Positions 39,461-49,579 of a stretch of DNA of 64,000 nucleotides are shown here, one piece after another. The notes under the pieces were generated by a model, which made no database searches, was not told the origin of the DNA, and saw only the letters and a program-made list of their open reading frames with translations. Position 1 is the first letter of the stretch. Each line of letters begins with the position of its first letter. The position numbers and the translations under genes were made by a program. Source of the DNA: Candidatus Levyibacteriota bacterium (GTDB lineage: Bacteria; Patescibacteriota; Microgenomatia; Levybacterales; UBA12049); NCBI GenBank assembly GCA_027459725.1, contig DAIDHK010000004.1:7050-71049 (forward strand), in the 5' to 3' direction.

Positions 39461-41965
39461 TCATAATGATATGTTCATCTTACGAGTCATTCTAAAATAG
39501 AGCACTTTTATATAATCAAGTGCGAATATATAAACAATGGTCAAAACAAGGATGATTAGTAAAGAGGAAGTAGGAAGTGGTGTTAGAGAAAAGAGATGTG
39601 CAATGGGTGGAATATATGGTATGACAACCGATAAAAGCAGAATAAAAATAATCAGGCTTGACATAAGAACCGATGGTTTCTTTCCTTGCCACATATGTGC
39701 TTTATTTCTAACAGAAAAAATGATTATGAGTTGTGTAACATTAAGAAATATAAAGAGGCTCGTTTCAGTGACACTCGTCGCTCTAAAACCAAGTATCGTA
39801 AAATAAATAAAATCATATATCATACTAAATGTACCAAGAAAAAGAGAAATAAACATAAGTGAATGAATATTGTATTTTTGAGGGTTTTTTACCTCATTTA
39901 CATCGACATTGTCTGAATAAACACTAATAAGTGGCAAATCCTGCATCAAATTACCAATCAGAAGCTGAATTGGTAATATTGGTAAATTGAAAGAAATAAG
40001 ATAGAGTATACCGAGCGAGAAGAAAGATCCAAAATTGCCTACCATAGTATGCTTGACATATTTATTTATATTGACAAATATACTCCGTCCATAGTGTATA
40101 CCATTCACAATTACTTCTATATCTTTATTTAGTAGAATAATATCAGCACTATCTTTTGCAACATCTGTCGCATTATTTACGGCAATTGCTACATCTGCGA
40201 GTTTGAGTGATGGGGCATCGTTTATCCCATCCCCCTGATAGCCTACAATATGACTAGCTTTAAGATGTTTGATAATAAGGTATTTTTGATCAGGGGTCAC
40301 CCGTGCAAAGACATTACACACCTCAACAGCTTTTCTTAGCTGTGTTTCAGACATTTTTTCCAGATCTGTTCCTGTATATGCTTTCTCATGCACACCTAAA
40401 AGACCAATTTGACGTCCAACATATTCAGCCACTTCAATACTGTCTCCTGTGAGTATTTTAAGTGCAATACCAAGCTTTTCTGCCAATTCTATAGTATGCT
40501 TTGCATTAAGTCTGAGTGGATCGATGAGCTGAACATATCCTAAAAACTCTAAATTATCTTCATGTTTTAATATATCATAGTCATTTGAATATTCGATCTT
40601 TTTATACGCAATACCCAGATGTCGTATGCCTTGTTTTCCGTCTTCTTGTATTGACTGCAAATATACTTCTTTTTTCTTACAAATAGATATATTCAGAAGA
40701 GTTTCAACTGACCCAATTTCGATAAGATAATGGCTATTATCTTTTTTGTCTTCCAGTATGACCCATCTTCTTCTCGCCGTTGGATCAAATGGGAGGTCAT
40801 CTACTTGTTTCCATCGCCCGGAGTGTTCTTGTATATCCCTGGGCACATAGGAGAGAAAAGCCGTATCGAATGAGTTTTGAAATTTCTTTTTTCCTGTCCC
40901 TAGTTTCTCAATCGTGGCGACGGCAAATTGTTGAAAAAGCACTGAATTCTCTGTAATTACCTGTTTGACACTGAGCTTGTTTTCAGTCAATGTGCCCGTT
41001 TTGTCGGTACATAGTAAGTTAACGTCTCCTAAATCCTCAATTGCAGAAAGACGTTTGACGATAACATGTTTTTTTGCCAATCGCAATGCACCTTGGGATA
41101 GTGTCACTGTCGCAATAACAGGAAGTGCTTCAGGAATTACCGTAATTGAAAGTGCAATAATAAAAAGAAGCAGATCAGTAATATGGGAAACATTATGTGT
41201 AATAAGCAATTTAGCAAAGAAGATAATTACGAGAGTTAAAAATATAATCTTCATTAAAAAACTACTAAATGATTGTAGTTGTTTCTCGTACTGTGTTACT
41301 TTTTTTGTAGTCTGAGACAGATTTGCTATTTTCCCAAGTTGCGTATCATTACCAATTGCGAAGATCACTCCTTTGCCATCGCCTTTTTCAATAATGCTGC
41401 CGGCAAATACAAGAGAAGTATCATTTTTTGCGTTTTCGTTCTTTGAAACAGGTGCGGACTCGCCGGTTAACTGCGATTCATTGACTGAAAAATCATCTGC
41501 ATGAATCAGTTTTATATCAGCAGGAACAATATCGCCCTCTCGAAGAATAACAATATCTCCAATGGTAAGAAATTTTTCATCAACTAGCTCTGTTTTACCA
41601 TTTCGAATAACTAAACTTTGCTTACCAATAAGTTTTGCTAATTTTTCAATTGCTTTTTCTGATCTATACTCTTGAACAAATCCAAGTAAAGTGTTTATCA
41701 ATAATACGATTGTTATGACAATCGCATCAGATATATCATGAAGGAATACTGAGAGTAATGCGGCAAACGCGAGTAAGTAGACAAGTGCGCTTTGGAACTG
41801 TTTTATAAATATTTTAATAGCGTTATTTTTATCTTTTTTGAGCGTATTTTCTCCATATTGAGCTATTCTCTTGGTTACTTCTTCTTGAGACAGACCATTT
41901 ATGCTTGTTCCAATTTTTTTTAATACTTCCTCATAAGGGAGTATTGTGAGTTCTTCTTTTTTCAT
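39461..41965 (-). CDS. Cation-transporting P-type ATPase (MgtA/P2-like)
   Basis: TGES, IPEALP, DKTGTLT, TGD and GDGINDAP motifs. Confidence 0.9.
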   Translation of the reverse strand: MKKEELTILPYEEVLKKIGTSINGLSQEEVTKRIAQYGENTLKKDKNNAIKIFIKQFQSALVYLLAFAALLSVFLHDISDAIVITIVLLINTLLGFVQEYRSEKAIEKLAKLIGKQSLVIRNGKTELVDEKFLTIGDIVILREGDIVPADIKLIHADDFSVNESQLTGESAPVSKNENAKNDTSLVFAGSIIEKGDGKGVIFAIGNDTQLGKIANLSQTTKKVTQYEKQLQSFSSFLMKIIFLTLVIIFFAKLLITHNVSHITDLLLFIIALSITVIPEALPVIATVTLSQGALRLAKKHVIVKRLSAIEDLGDVNLLCTDKTGTLTENKLSVKQVITENSVLFQQFAVATIEKLGTGKKKFQNSFDTAFLSYVPRDIQEHSGRWKQVDDLPFDPTARRRWVILEDKKDNSHYLIEIGSVETLLNISICKKKEVYLQSIQEDGKQGIRHLGIAYKKIEYSNDYDILKHEDNLEFLGYVQLIDPLRLNAKHTIELAEKLGIALKILTGDSIEVAEYVGRQIGLLGVHEKAYTGTDLEKMSETQLRKAVEVCNVFARVTPDQKYLIIKHLKASHIVGYQGDGINDAPSLKLADVAIAVNNATDVAKDSADIILLNKDIEVIVNGIHYGRSIFVNINKYVKHTMVGNFGSFFSLGILYLISFNLPILPIQLLIGNLMQDLPLISVYSDNVDVNEVKNPQKYNIHSLMFISLFLGTFSMIYDFIYFTILGFRATSVTETSLFIFLNVTQLIIIFSVRNKAHMWQGKKPSVLMSSLIIFILLLSVVIPYIPPIAHLFSLTPLPTSSLLIILVLTIVYIFALDYIKVLYFRMTRKMNISL

Positions 41966-42001
41966 AAATAATCAAGTATCATCTAAAATGGCTGTTGAGA
42001 T

Positions 42002-42148
42002 CTATACAATAACATCCAAAAAAATAGACATTATTAAAAAAAGGGATATGAGAACAATACCTAGAGTAAAAAACATATCTTCTGTCATCTTCTTATACTC
42101 ATGACCCTGACTAGTTCTAGAATTTATAATCAATGCTTCTGTTTCCAT
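42002..42148 (-). CDS. 48-aa single-TM peptide upstream of the P-type ATPase
   Basis: Own translation METEALIINSRTSQGHEYKKMTEDMFFTLGIVLISLFLIMSIFLDVIV. Below the ORF-track size cutoff. Confidence 0.45.
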   Translation of the reverse strand: METEALIINSRTSQGHEYKKMTEDMFFTLGIVLISLFLIMSIFLDVIV

Positions 42149-42592
42149 AAAAAATATACTAGTAATAGTACGTTAGCATAGCTATGCCCTTTAGGGCAAG
42201 GTCTTTTAGCTTCTACCAAAATCTAGTATGCTGCGATGGCATGATGAGATGCCTTCGATACTCGACGCATAATGTCTATATTGTTTGATATCGTTAATGT
42301 GTACTTTAGGAGAAGATAGGGATATGGGTAATAGATCAGATACGACAGATCTGTGATGTAAGCTATGTCAAGATTATCATGAGATTGAACCAAACAGTAA
42401 TGAATAATTCATACTTGAGGATAAAAGGGCTTTCAGCCCGAATGAAACATATGTACTTTCAGTGCATAGTCGTTTTGTATATACATTTCACTAATTGATC
42501 ATACCCATAATATTTTCTTTTTTTACAAACTAAAATACTATCAATAAAAATACTGATCAATTAGCTTTATTTCAATTTGTACTGTCTAACTC

Positions 42593-43873
42593 CTAGTTAT
42601 TTTTTCCGAATGTTAAAAACATTGCAACTGCTGCTGCTCCCATGCCAATAAACGTAAGCCAGATAAATAAATTTGATAGTAATCCGCTTTTGTATTTGCC
42701 CATAATTTTCTCGTTTTTTGCAACAAGAGCAATTATAAAAATAAGGGGAACGGCAACAACACCGTTAATAACGGCCGTATATACGAGTGCTTTTATAGGA
42801 TCAATTCCTAAAAAATTGATAACCAGTCCAAGAATGGTTGCTATTGTAATAACACCATAAAATCCGTGTGCCTGTTTCAGCTTTAAACCTAATCCTTCTT
42901 TCCACGAGAATGTTTCCGATAATGCATATGATGCAGAGCCTGCAAGTACAGGAATAGCAAGCAGTCCTAATCCGATAATGCCTGTCGCAAAAAGAAGCTT
43001 CGCTAAATATCCAGCATTTGGGAAAGAATTTACGAGTGGTTCAAGTGCTTTAGCTGCATCTGCTGAAGTCGCAATATTAGTAATCCCATGAGAATTCAAA
43101 ATTGTTGCGGTTACGACAATTATCGACCACGTACCAATTTCTGAGAAAAACATTCCTATAAAATTATCAAGTCTAAGATTTTTGATGAAAAATCTTCCAA
43201 TGCGTGGTTTCTTATCCCACCCAATCAAATTATCTGCCTTTTCTTCTTCCACTTCTTCAGATGCTTGCCAGAAAAACATATAAGGAGAAATTGTTGTTCC
43301 TAAAACTCCGGTAATAATGAATAAAAATTGAAAAGAAAATTCAAAATGAGGCACGAATGTAGCTTTTAACAGAGTTGCCCAAGGCTCATGAACGATAAAG
43401 ACAGTTACGGGATATGCGAACAGAGAGATACAAAGCCATTTGAGAATATTTGCATATACCTTGTATGAGGTAAAAATTTCAAGACTAAGCATTAAGGCAG
43501 TAAATAACAAAGTGAGAACAGTAAAGTTGAGTGGTAAAACCAGATTTGCAGCAGCGGCCATTGCTCCAATATCTGCTCCTATATTAATAGTATTTGCAAT
43601 AAGTACAAGAAGAACAACCCCATAAAGTATTTTTTTATTATAATGTTCTCTAACAACAGCAGCAATTCCTTTACCAGTTACCGCTCCAATCCTAGCACAT
43701 GCTTCCTGGACAGCTGTCTGAAAGGGTAACATAAAAATGGCGGTCCAAAGTTGTCCATAGCCAAATTGAGCACCCGTTTGAGAATACGTAGCAATACCCG
43801 ATGGGTCATCATCCGCTGCGCCCGTAATTACTCCCGGACCTAACAGCTTAAAAAACTTTTTTAGTGAAATCAT
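42593..43873 (-). CDS. Nramp-related divalent metal transporter
   Basis: LGPG.ITGAADDDPSGIATYSQ.GA.FG and GTTISPY motifs. Start ATG 43873 (ORF track gives 43918). Confidence 0.88.
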   Translation of the reverse strand: MISLKKFFKLLGPGVITGAADDDPSGIATYSQTGAQFGYGQLWTAIFMLPFQTAVQEACARIGAVTGKGIAAVVREHYNKKILYGVVLLVLIANTINIGADIGAMAAAANLVLPLNFTVLTLLFTALMLSLEIFTSYKVYANILKWLCISLFAYPVTVFIVHEPWATLLKATFVPHFEFSFQFLFIITGVLGTTISPYMFFWQASEEVEEEKADNLIGWDKKPRIGRFFIKNLRLDNFIGMFFSEIGTWSIIVVTATILNSHGITNIATSADAAKALEPLVNSFPNAGYLAKLLFATGIIGLGLLAIPVLAGSASYALSETFSWKEGLGLKLKQAHGFYGVITIATILGLVINFLGIDPIKALVYTAVINGVVAVPLIFIIALVAKNEKIMGKYKSGLLSNLFIWLTFIGMGAAAVAMFLTFGKNN

Positions 43874-44452
43874 ACAGCATTCATATATTATTCTAAGTTC
43901 AACAGTGCTATATTGCAAGGAGCTTTATGCAGTCTGCAAGCAAGAACATACGATTTATTTTTAGTGATAAAGATATAATGAATTATAAAATTTATTCGTT
44001 TTATAAATTGTTCAGTATCTTCTTCACTACCAAATCTTGTAGTACAATAAATAATATGTAATACAACTATAAAGAATGATCCAAATATTTTATCCAGTTT
44101 CCCAACGGTATATTCTTTTTATATAATACTTTATTAACAACCTCGCACTGATAAAAATATTATCCATGGAGCAATAATAGTGTCAATATAATTCATCAAG
44201 AAGTAAAAAAATAAAAAACAAAAAAAGTATCTTAGTGAAAAACTAAAACGCATATCATAAATTATACCGGAAATATACCTGTCAAAAATGTAGAGGGTAG
44301 CCGCCAGATAGTACAACGTAAGTATAGATCAATATACTTTGTGTCCACTATCTCTGTAAAAATACAATACATAATAATACGATTATAGCTTATAGAAGAG
44401 TCAAGTAAATTAATCGAATGATTTCAATAGAAATCGAGACTTAATATATAAT

Positions 44453-45226
44453 ATGACAAGACAGGTATTGTATTTAAAGATGGGAGGATCATTAATCACT
44501 GATAAAAAAGTAGCATACAAGCCTCTACTCAATAATATCCAAAATATCGCAGATATAATCAAAACAATTAACCAGCCTATGATTATTGCTCATGGAAGCG
44601 GCAGCTTTGGTCATACTTCAGCCAAAAAGTATGGAGGATTAAAAAGTTACTCATCAAGAATAGGGATTGCTAAAGTTTCAAGAGATGCTAGCGCTATAAA
44701 TAATATTGTAGTTGATGAATTACTTAAAAATGATTTACCTGTCGTATCATTTCGACCACAAAGTTTTTTATTAGCAAATGAAGGTAGGCTTAAACAAGGC
44801 TTTTTTAAGCCGATTTTAGAATCTCTTAAACAAGGACTTATTCCTATAATTTACGGAGATGTAATATGGGATAAAAGTTGGCAATCAACTATATTTTCTG
44901 GAGAAAAAATTCTCTATGAGTTAGCTAAGTATTTAATAAAACAAAACTATGAAGTAAATGCAGTTATTCAACTATCAGATGTAGACGGAGTAATGTCATC
45001 TGATGGAAAGATCATTAAAGAAATAACTAATTCTAATTGGAGAACTATAAAACAATATATATATCCTCTAAATGTAACTGATGTAACAGGAGGTATGACA
45101 CACAAAATTGAACAAGCATTAAAAGCAACTCGATATAACATCTCAACGTACATCATAAACGGCAAAGACAAATCCCTGGAAATGTTACTAAACAAAACTT
45201 TAAACTCAGGAACCCTTATTAGATAA
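44453..45226 (+). CDS. Isopentenyl phosphate kinase (amino-acid kinase family)
   Basis: LKMGGSLITDK, HGSGSFGH, GDV, SGE and DVTGGM..K motifs. Confidence 0.88.
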   Translation: MTRQVLYLKMGGSLITDKKVAYKPLLNNIQNIADIIKTINQPMIIAHGSGSFGHTSAKKYGGLKSYSSRIGIAKVSRDASAINNIVVDELLKNDLPVVSFRPQSFLLANEGRLKQGFFKPILESLKQGLIPIIYGDVIWDKSWQSTIFSGEKILYELAKYLIKQNYEVNAVIQLSDVDGVMSSDGKIIKEITNSNWRTIKQYIYPLNVTDVTGGMTHKIEQALKATRYNISTYIINGKDKSLEMLLNKTLNSGTLIR

Positions 45227-45231
45227 TAAAT

Positions 45232-45888
45232 ATGCAATCAACCGAAGTAGCAATCAATAATTTCTTAGACGAACAGATGCATTCAGTTCTAACTACTGTT
45301 GTAGGTATTGGAGCTATTGTGATCCCCAGAATGCTGGCTAATGGAGATAATATCCCCTTTCTTACAGTTGAAGAAAAACATTCCAAGCCACAGACAGGAA
45401 AAACAGCATTTAAAAGAGGTATCCCTCAGGAAACAATAAAACTTACTCGTGACAAAAACAGAGCAGAGGATCCTAATTCTACCCTTAGGGGACTTATTTT
45501 GGAAGAGATATTAGGACAATACGAATTCTCAAATTTGGGTGAATATTTTTATCGTCCCGATCTTAAGGGATCTGCAATAGTACGACTTCCATCTCTTCCT
45601 GGTAAGGCAGGAAGAATTGAGATTGTTGTTTATTCAGGTAAACCCGATGATTTATTGTCTGCTGTTGTAGATGATGAGATATTTAATCCACAATATCGCA
45701 CTTACCTTACAACAGGGCCAAATACACGTGAAACCTCAGTAGAATTAGTTAGGGCAGCACAAAATCGTGGCATACTGGTAGAAGGAGTTAGGCTGTATGA
45801 CACAGGTAATCACAAACCTGTTTTCCATCCTGAATTTGATCCAAGCTCGTTTTTAAGTAAAAGATCAAGTAGACTTGATATAATATAA
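45232..45888 (+). CDS. Hypothetical protein
   Basis: 218-aa ORF tightly packed between the IPK and IDI genes. Confidence 0.55.
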   Translation: MQSTEVAINNFLDEQMHSVLTTVVGIGAIVIPRMLANGDNIPFLTVEEKHSKPQTGKTAFKRGIPQETIKLTRDKNRAEDPNSTLRGLILEEILGQYEFSNLGEYFYRPDLKGSAIVRLPSLPGKAGRIEIVVYSGKPDDLLSAVVDDEIFNPQYRTYLTTGPNTRETSVELVRAAQNRGILVEGVRLYDTGNHKPVFHPEFDPSSFLSKRSSRLDII

Positions 45889-45901
45889 TGCTTAAATCAC
45901 T

Positions 45902-46444
45902 ATGCAGGAATTAGTAGTATTGGTAGATGATTCCAATAACCAAATAGGAGTTTTACCAAAGCTGGAAGCACATAATTCACACACTCCTCTGCATAGAGGG
46001 TTCTCCTGTTATGTTTTTAATAAAAATGGACAATTTATGCTTACTCAAAGAGCTTTAAGTAAGAAAGTTTTTCCCGGAATATGGACAAACAGCTGCTGTG
46101 GTCATCCAGCGCCTGCAGAAGAGATAAGTCATGCTGTAAAAAGAAGATTAGAATTTGAACTTGGGCTTGAACCAAAAAAGCTCAGACTAGTTCTGCCCAA
46201 ATTCAGATATCAAGCAGAAATGAATGGAATTCTGGAAAATGAAATCTGTCCTGTATATATCGCACAAGTTCTTACCGAGCCAGTAATTAATCCAGATGAA
46301 GTTGAAGATTATAAATGGATAGACTGGAAAAGCTTTATTAACGAGATAGCACAAAATCCGCAAGAATATTCTAAGTGGTGTGTAGAACAAGTTGAACAAC
46401 TACGTTACATGAAAATTGTAAATGATTATGCCACAAAATGCTAA
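45902..46444 (+). CDS. idi: Isopentenyl-diphosphate delta-isomerase type 1
   Basis: LHRGFS, WTNSCCGHP, ENEICPV and NPDEV motifs. Confidence 0.93.
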   Translation: MQELVVLVDDSNNQIGVLPKLEAHNSHTPLHRGFSCYVFNKNGQFMLTQRALSKKVFPGIWTNSCCGHPAPAEEISHAVKRRLEFELGLEPKKLRLVLPKFRYQAEMNGILENEICPVYIAQVLTEPVINPDEVEDYKWIDWKSFINEIAQNPQEYSKWCVEQVEQLRYMKIVNDYATKC

Positions 46445-46962
46445 TCATTTTTCATTAATGTCTTGTCAACTTTAGTTTCAGATCTCCTTAACAGATAAAT
46501 TCCAACACAAAATATAAGTATAGATAGGAGTACAGGAGTAATAACTGGTCCTACCCAGGGAACTGGAATAAGAAAATATACATCAATATTAAACATGTTA
46601 TTAGGCCATCCTGTTAATAAACTTAGAAATACATAATAAAAAATGTCCCATACAGAGAATGCTATAAAAAAAGCTCCAATTCTTTGTTTTAAATTACCGC
46701 CTGTGATATATGCTATTGATAAGAGCATAACTATGGTGGAAAATTCTCTCCACATTTCAATTGACTCAATTTTTCCCGTTACTAAAATAGGCTGATGAGG
46801 TAATATAAAAGCAATTACGCCTAGATTTAATAGTACCGAATAATCTTTAGCGGAAACTACATTTAAATTTTGGCCAATAATGTGATGTAAATAAACTACC
46901 ACAATTGACTCGAGTAATCCGAAGGCAATACCAAAAATGATAAGTGGCAATATTTTATTCAT
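46441..46962 (-). CDS. Conserved membrane protein
   Basis: LESIVVVYL, REFSTIVML, WDIFYYVFL and FLIPVPW.GPV. Confidence 0.7.
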   Translation of the reverse strand: MNKILPLIIFGIAFGLLESIVVVYLHHIIGQNLNVVSAKDYSVLLNLGVIAFILPHQPILVTGKIESIEMWREFSTIVMLLSIAYITGGNLKQRIGAFFIAFSVWDIFYYVFLSLLTGWPNNMFNIDVYFLIPVPWVGPVITPVLLSILIFCVGIYLLRRSETKVDKTLMKND

Positions 46963-46996
46963 AACAACATTTTATCTTCAGTTATTGTATTTAAAC

Positions 46997-47836
46997 TTAA
47001 TTTAGACTACTACTAATATATTTTGCCAAGCTCTTAGGCGTTTCTACCGGTGGTAAATGTCCGGCATGAGGTATAAAATATAAAGACGCTTGAGGAAGAA
47101 GATCATGGAATTTATTTGCCTGAGTCTTATTAATAATCAGATCTTGATCTCCATATATCAAATAAATTGGCATTTTAAGCTTCATAATTTTTTTATAGTC
47201 AAAATGAATTAGACTTATCCAGTTCTCCTCTACCGCTTTTTCATCTTGTTTTGTTTGAGAAAAAGCAGTCTTAAATGTAACTCTTATTAATTTTCTGAAG
47301 CTCCGAAATTTCAATATAAAAAAACTTAAAGGAATACTGAAAACCCTGCTTCTCCATAAGAAGAAAAATCCTTTGAATGGTCTGGGTGAATACTCACTTA
47401 GATCTGCTAAATGCAGAAACATAGATTCACTTAAGGTATCTTGTATGTAGGGTGTACTGATTAAAAAAAGTACCTTAACTAGCTCGGGGTATTTATTTGC
47501 CAGTTCAATTGCCAAAGTAGCACCCATACAATGACCACAAACTATAAGTTTCTGCAAACCAGCAAATTTTACTAGTTTATTTAAATAATCTGCGTAGGTG
47601 GTTAAAGTCAGGCGCTGGTACAGTGGCTGTGAATCTCCCCATCCAGGCAAATCAGGAATTATTACAAAATATTTTTCTTTAAGTATTTCAGCCATTTCCA
47701 ATAAATCTTTGTGTGTACCTGTATAACCCGGAAGAAATAATAGATAAGGATTCAACTCATCTCCGCAAACCCAGTAATAGTCGACTACATTTTTCTCAGG
47801 GGAAAAACTCTTTTTGGTAATTCTTTTATAAATCAT
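46997..47836 (-). CDS. Alpha/beta hydrolase fold protein
   Basis: PG..G, PDLPGWG.S, GHCMG, GDQD and AGHLP motifs. Confidence 0.85.
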   Translation of the reverse strand: MIYKRITKKSFSPEKNVVDYYWVCGDELNPYLLFLPGYTGTHKDLLEMAEILKEKYFVIIPDLPGWGDSQPLYQRLTLTTYADYLNKLVKFAGLQKLIVCGHCMGATLAIELANKYPELVKVLFLISTPYIQDTLSESMFLHLADLSEYSPRPFKGFFFLWRSRVFSIPLSFFILKFRSFRKLIRVTFKTAFSQTKQDEKAVEENWISLIHFDYKKIMKLKMPIYLIYGDQDLIINKTQANKFHDLLPQASLYFIPHAGHLPPVETPKSLAKYISSSLN

Positions 47837-48543
47837 TTATGATGTTTGCCAAAATCATATTCAAAAATGTTCTGCTTAATATGACCAAGTAAAAATAAGT
47901 GAATTTCAATTGCAACATATTTTAAAGCAATTTTAAACCTTCCTTCTTCCGCTAATCTTCTAACTGAGACTGGTACTTTATAAGCATTCAAGAAAGCAAA
48001 TTTACCAAATTGTTTAGCTCTTTGTACATAATCATGATCTTCTGCTAATAACAGCTCTTCATTAAATCCTTTGATTTTATTATGTGTGCTTTTTCTCACA
48101 AACACACAAAATCCAGGTAAATGAGGATAAAATTCAGATGTCAGTTTAATATAGTAATTTACTAACGAATGAAGCATGTGGTCAACCGTCAAATTGGATA
48201 AGGGAGTAACAAAACAAGAGGCAATATCCAAATCACGTCTTTTGAATTCGGAAATAGTATCTTTAAGGAAATTTTTCGGTAAAATAACATCAGCATCTAA
48301 AAATAAGAGTATATTCCCTGTAGCCAAACGTGCACCTTGATTACGAGCATTTGCTGGCCTTCCACCGTCTATTATCTTACAACCATACAACTCTGCTATT
48401 TTACGAGTACTATCTGTGGAAAAAGCATCGCTGACTATTATTTCTTCAGGTAGAAATGTTTGTTTTTTTAGCGAGTCAAGCAAATTAGGCAAAAACTCTT
48501 CTTCGTTAAATGTAGGAATAATAATACTTACTTTAGCGTTCAT
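47833..48543 (-). CDS. Glycosyltransferase family 2
   Basis: SIIIPTFNEE, STD.T, ARNQG, FLDAD and GF.E....ED motifs. Confidence 0.92.
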   Translation of the reverse strand: MNAKVSIIIPTFNEEEFLPNLLDSLKKQTFLPEEIIVSDAFSTDSTRKIAELYGCKIIDGGRPANARNQGARLATGNILLFLDADVILPKNFLKDTISEFKRRDLDIASCFVTPLSNLTVDHMLHSLVNYYIKLTSEFYPHLPGFCVFVRKSTHNKIKGFNEELLLAEDHDYVQRAKQFGKFAFLNAYKVPVSVRRLAEEGRFKIALKYVAIEIHLFLLGHIKQNIFEYDFGKHHK

Positions 48544-48586
48544 GTATATTTATTATACTAAATACAAAATATAGGGCAAGCAAGAG

Positions 48587-49561
48587 TCATATATAATATA
48601 GGTCTTTTATCATTTTTTGAGTAGTAAGTTCCATTTCAGACAAATTTTGTGTCAGCATTATTTTAGCTCTTAAATCTGCTGAATTGGGAAAACTATTCAT
48701 GTATATTTTGCAGTATTTTTTTAAAATAGCATAATTATTGGTTTCTCCATACTCTTGTCTGAATAGATCAAGATGATGTTTAAAAAGTTCTAATCTTTCT
48801 TTGACAGTAATTTGAGTCTTATCGATTTTTTTATTAAACAACCAGGGATCAGAGAAGATTGCTCTCCCGTACATTATACCTTCAATATGATATTGTCTAG
48901 CTTTTGCTTCTCCCTCAACTAATGTCTGAACGTCCCCATTACCCAACAAAAGAGTATCAGGTGCAATTTTATTACGAAGATCAACAATTCTTGACATATA
49001 CTCCCAATGTGCAGGTACTTTGGACATCTCGGAAGCAGTACGTAAATGAATAGTTAGCACTGGTAATTTTTGCTCTAATAAAAAACGTATCCAATTGTTT
49101 ATTACCTCTGTTTTTCTACCTACCCTCGTTTTCACACTGACAGGCAAACCAATTGCCCCTTCACGTGTTGCCTGTATAATTTCCCCGGCCAATAGAGGGG
49201 TATCAATCAGTGCAGAACAGGCCCCATTTTGCGTAATATCCCGTACAGGACATCCCATATTAATATCAATTCCATCAAATCCTAATTCTACACATATTTT
49301 TGCAGATTTATAAAAAGTGTCAGGATTAGTCCCCCAGATTTGTGCAACTATTAAGTGCTCTTGTGGCTTAAATTTTAGACGCTGTATAACCTTATCTCTG
49401 CCGGTTGATAGTAACCCGTCACAATTAGTAAACTCAGTAAACAATACATCCGGCTTACCTATTTCTACTATGATTTGCCTGAATACATTATCAGTAACTC
49501 CATCCATAGGTGCCAAGGCAGAGAAAGGTTGTTTTAACCTAAGCCAAAAATTATTATCCAT
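48587..49561 (-). CDS. dus: tRNA-dihydrouridine synthase
   Basis: LAPMDGVTD, IDINMGCP, VSVKTR, H.RT and NGD motifs. Confidence 0.92.
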   Translation of the reverse strand: MDNNFWLRLKQPFSALAPMDGVTDNVFRQIIVEIGKPDVLFTEFTNCDGLLSTGRDKVIQRLKFKPQEHLIVAQIWGTNPDTFYKSAKICVELGFDGIDINMGCPVRDITQNGACSALIDTPLLAGEIIQATREGAIGLPVSVKTRVGRKTEVINNWIRFLLEQKLPVLTIHLRTASEMSKVPAHWEYMSRIVDLRNKIAPDTLLLGNGDVQTLVEGEAKARQYHIEGIMYGRAIFSDPWLFNKKIDKTQITVKERLELFKHHLDLFRQEYGETNNYAILKKYCKIYMNSFPNSADLRAKIMLTQNLSEMELTTQKMIKDLYYI

Positions 49562-49579
49562 AAAAATTATTAATGTTTA

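Noticed and set aside
42180-42290. Firm yybP-ykoY or M-box riboswitch call
   Set aside because: Only fragments of the consensus are visible and P1 pairing is missing. Reported as a candidate finding only.
43960-44370. Hydrophobic minus-strand fragments (44134-44316)
   Set aside because: Possibly a broken membrane-protein gene, but there is no motif evidence to call it.
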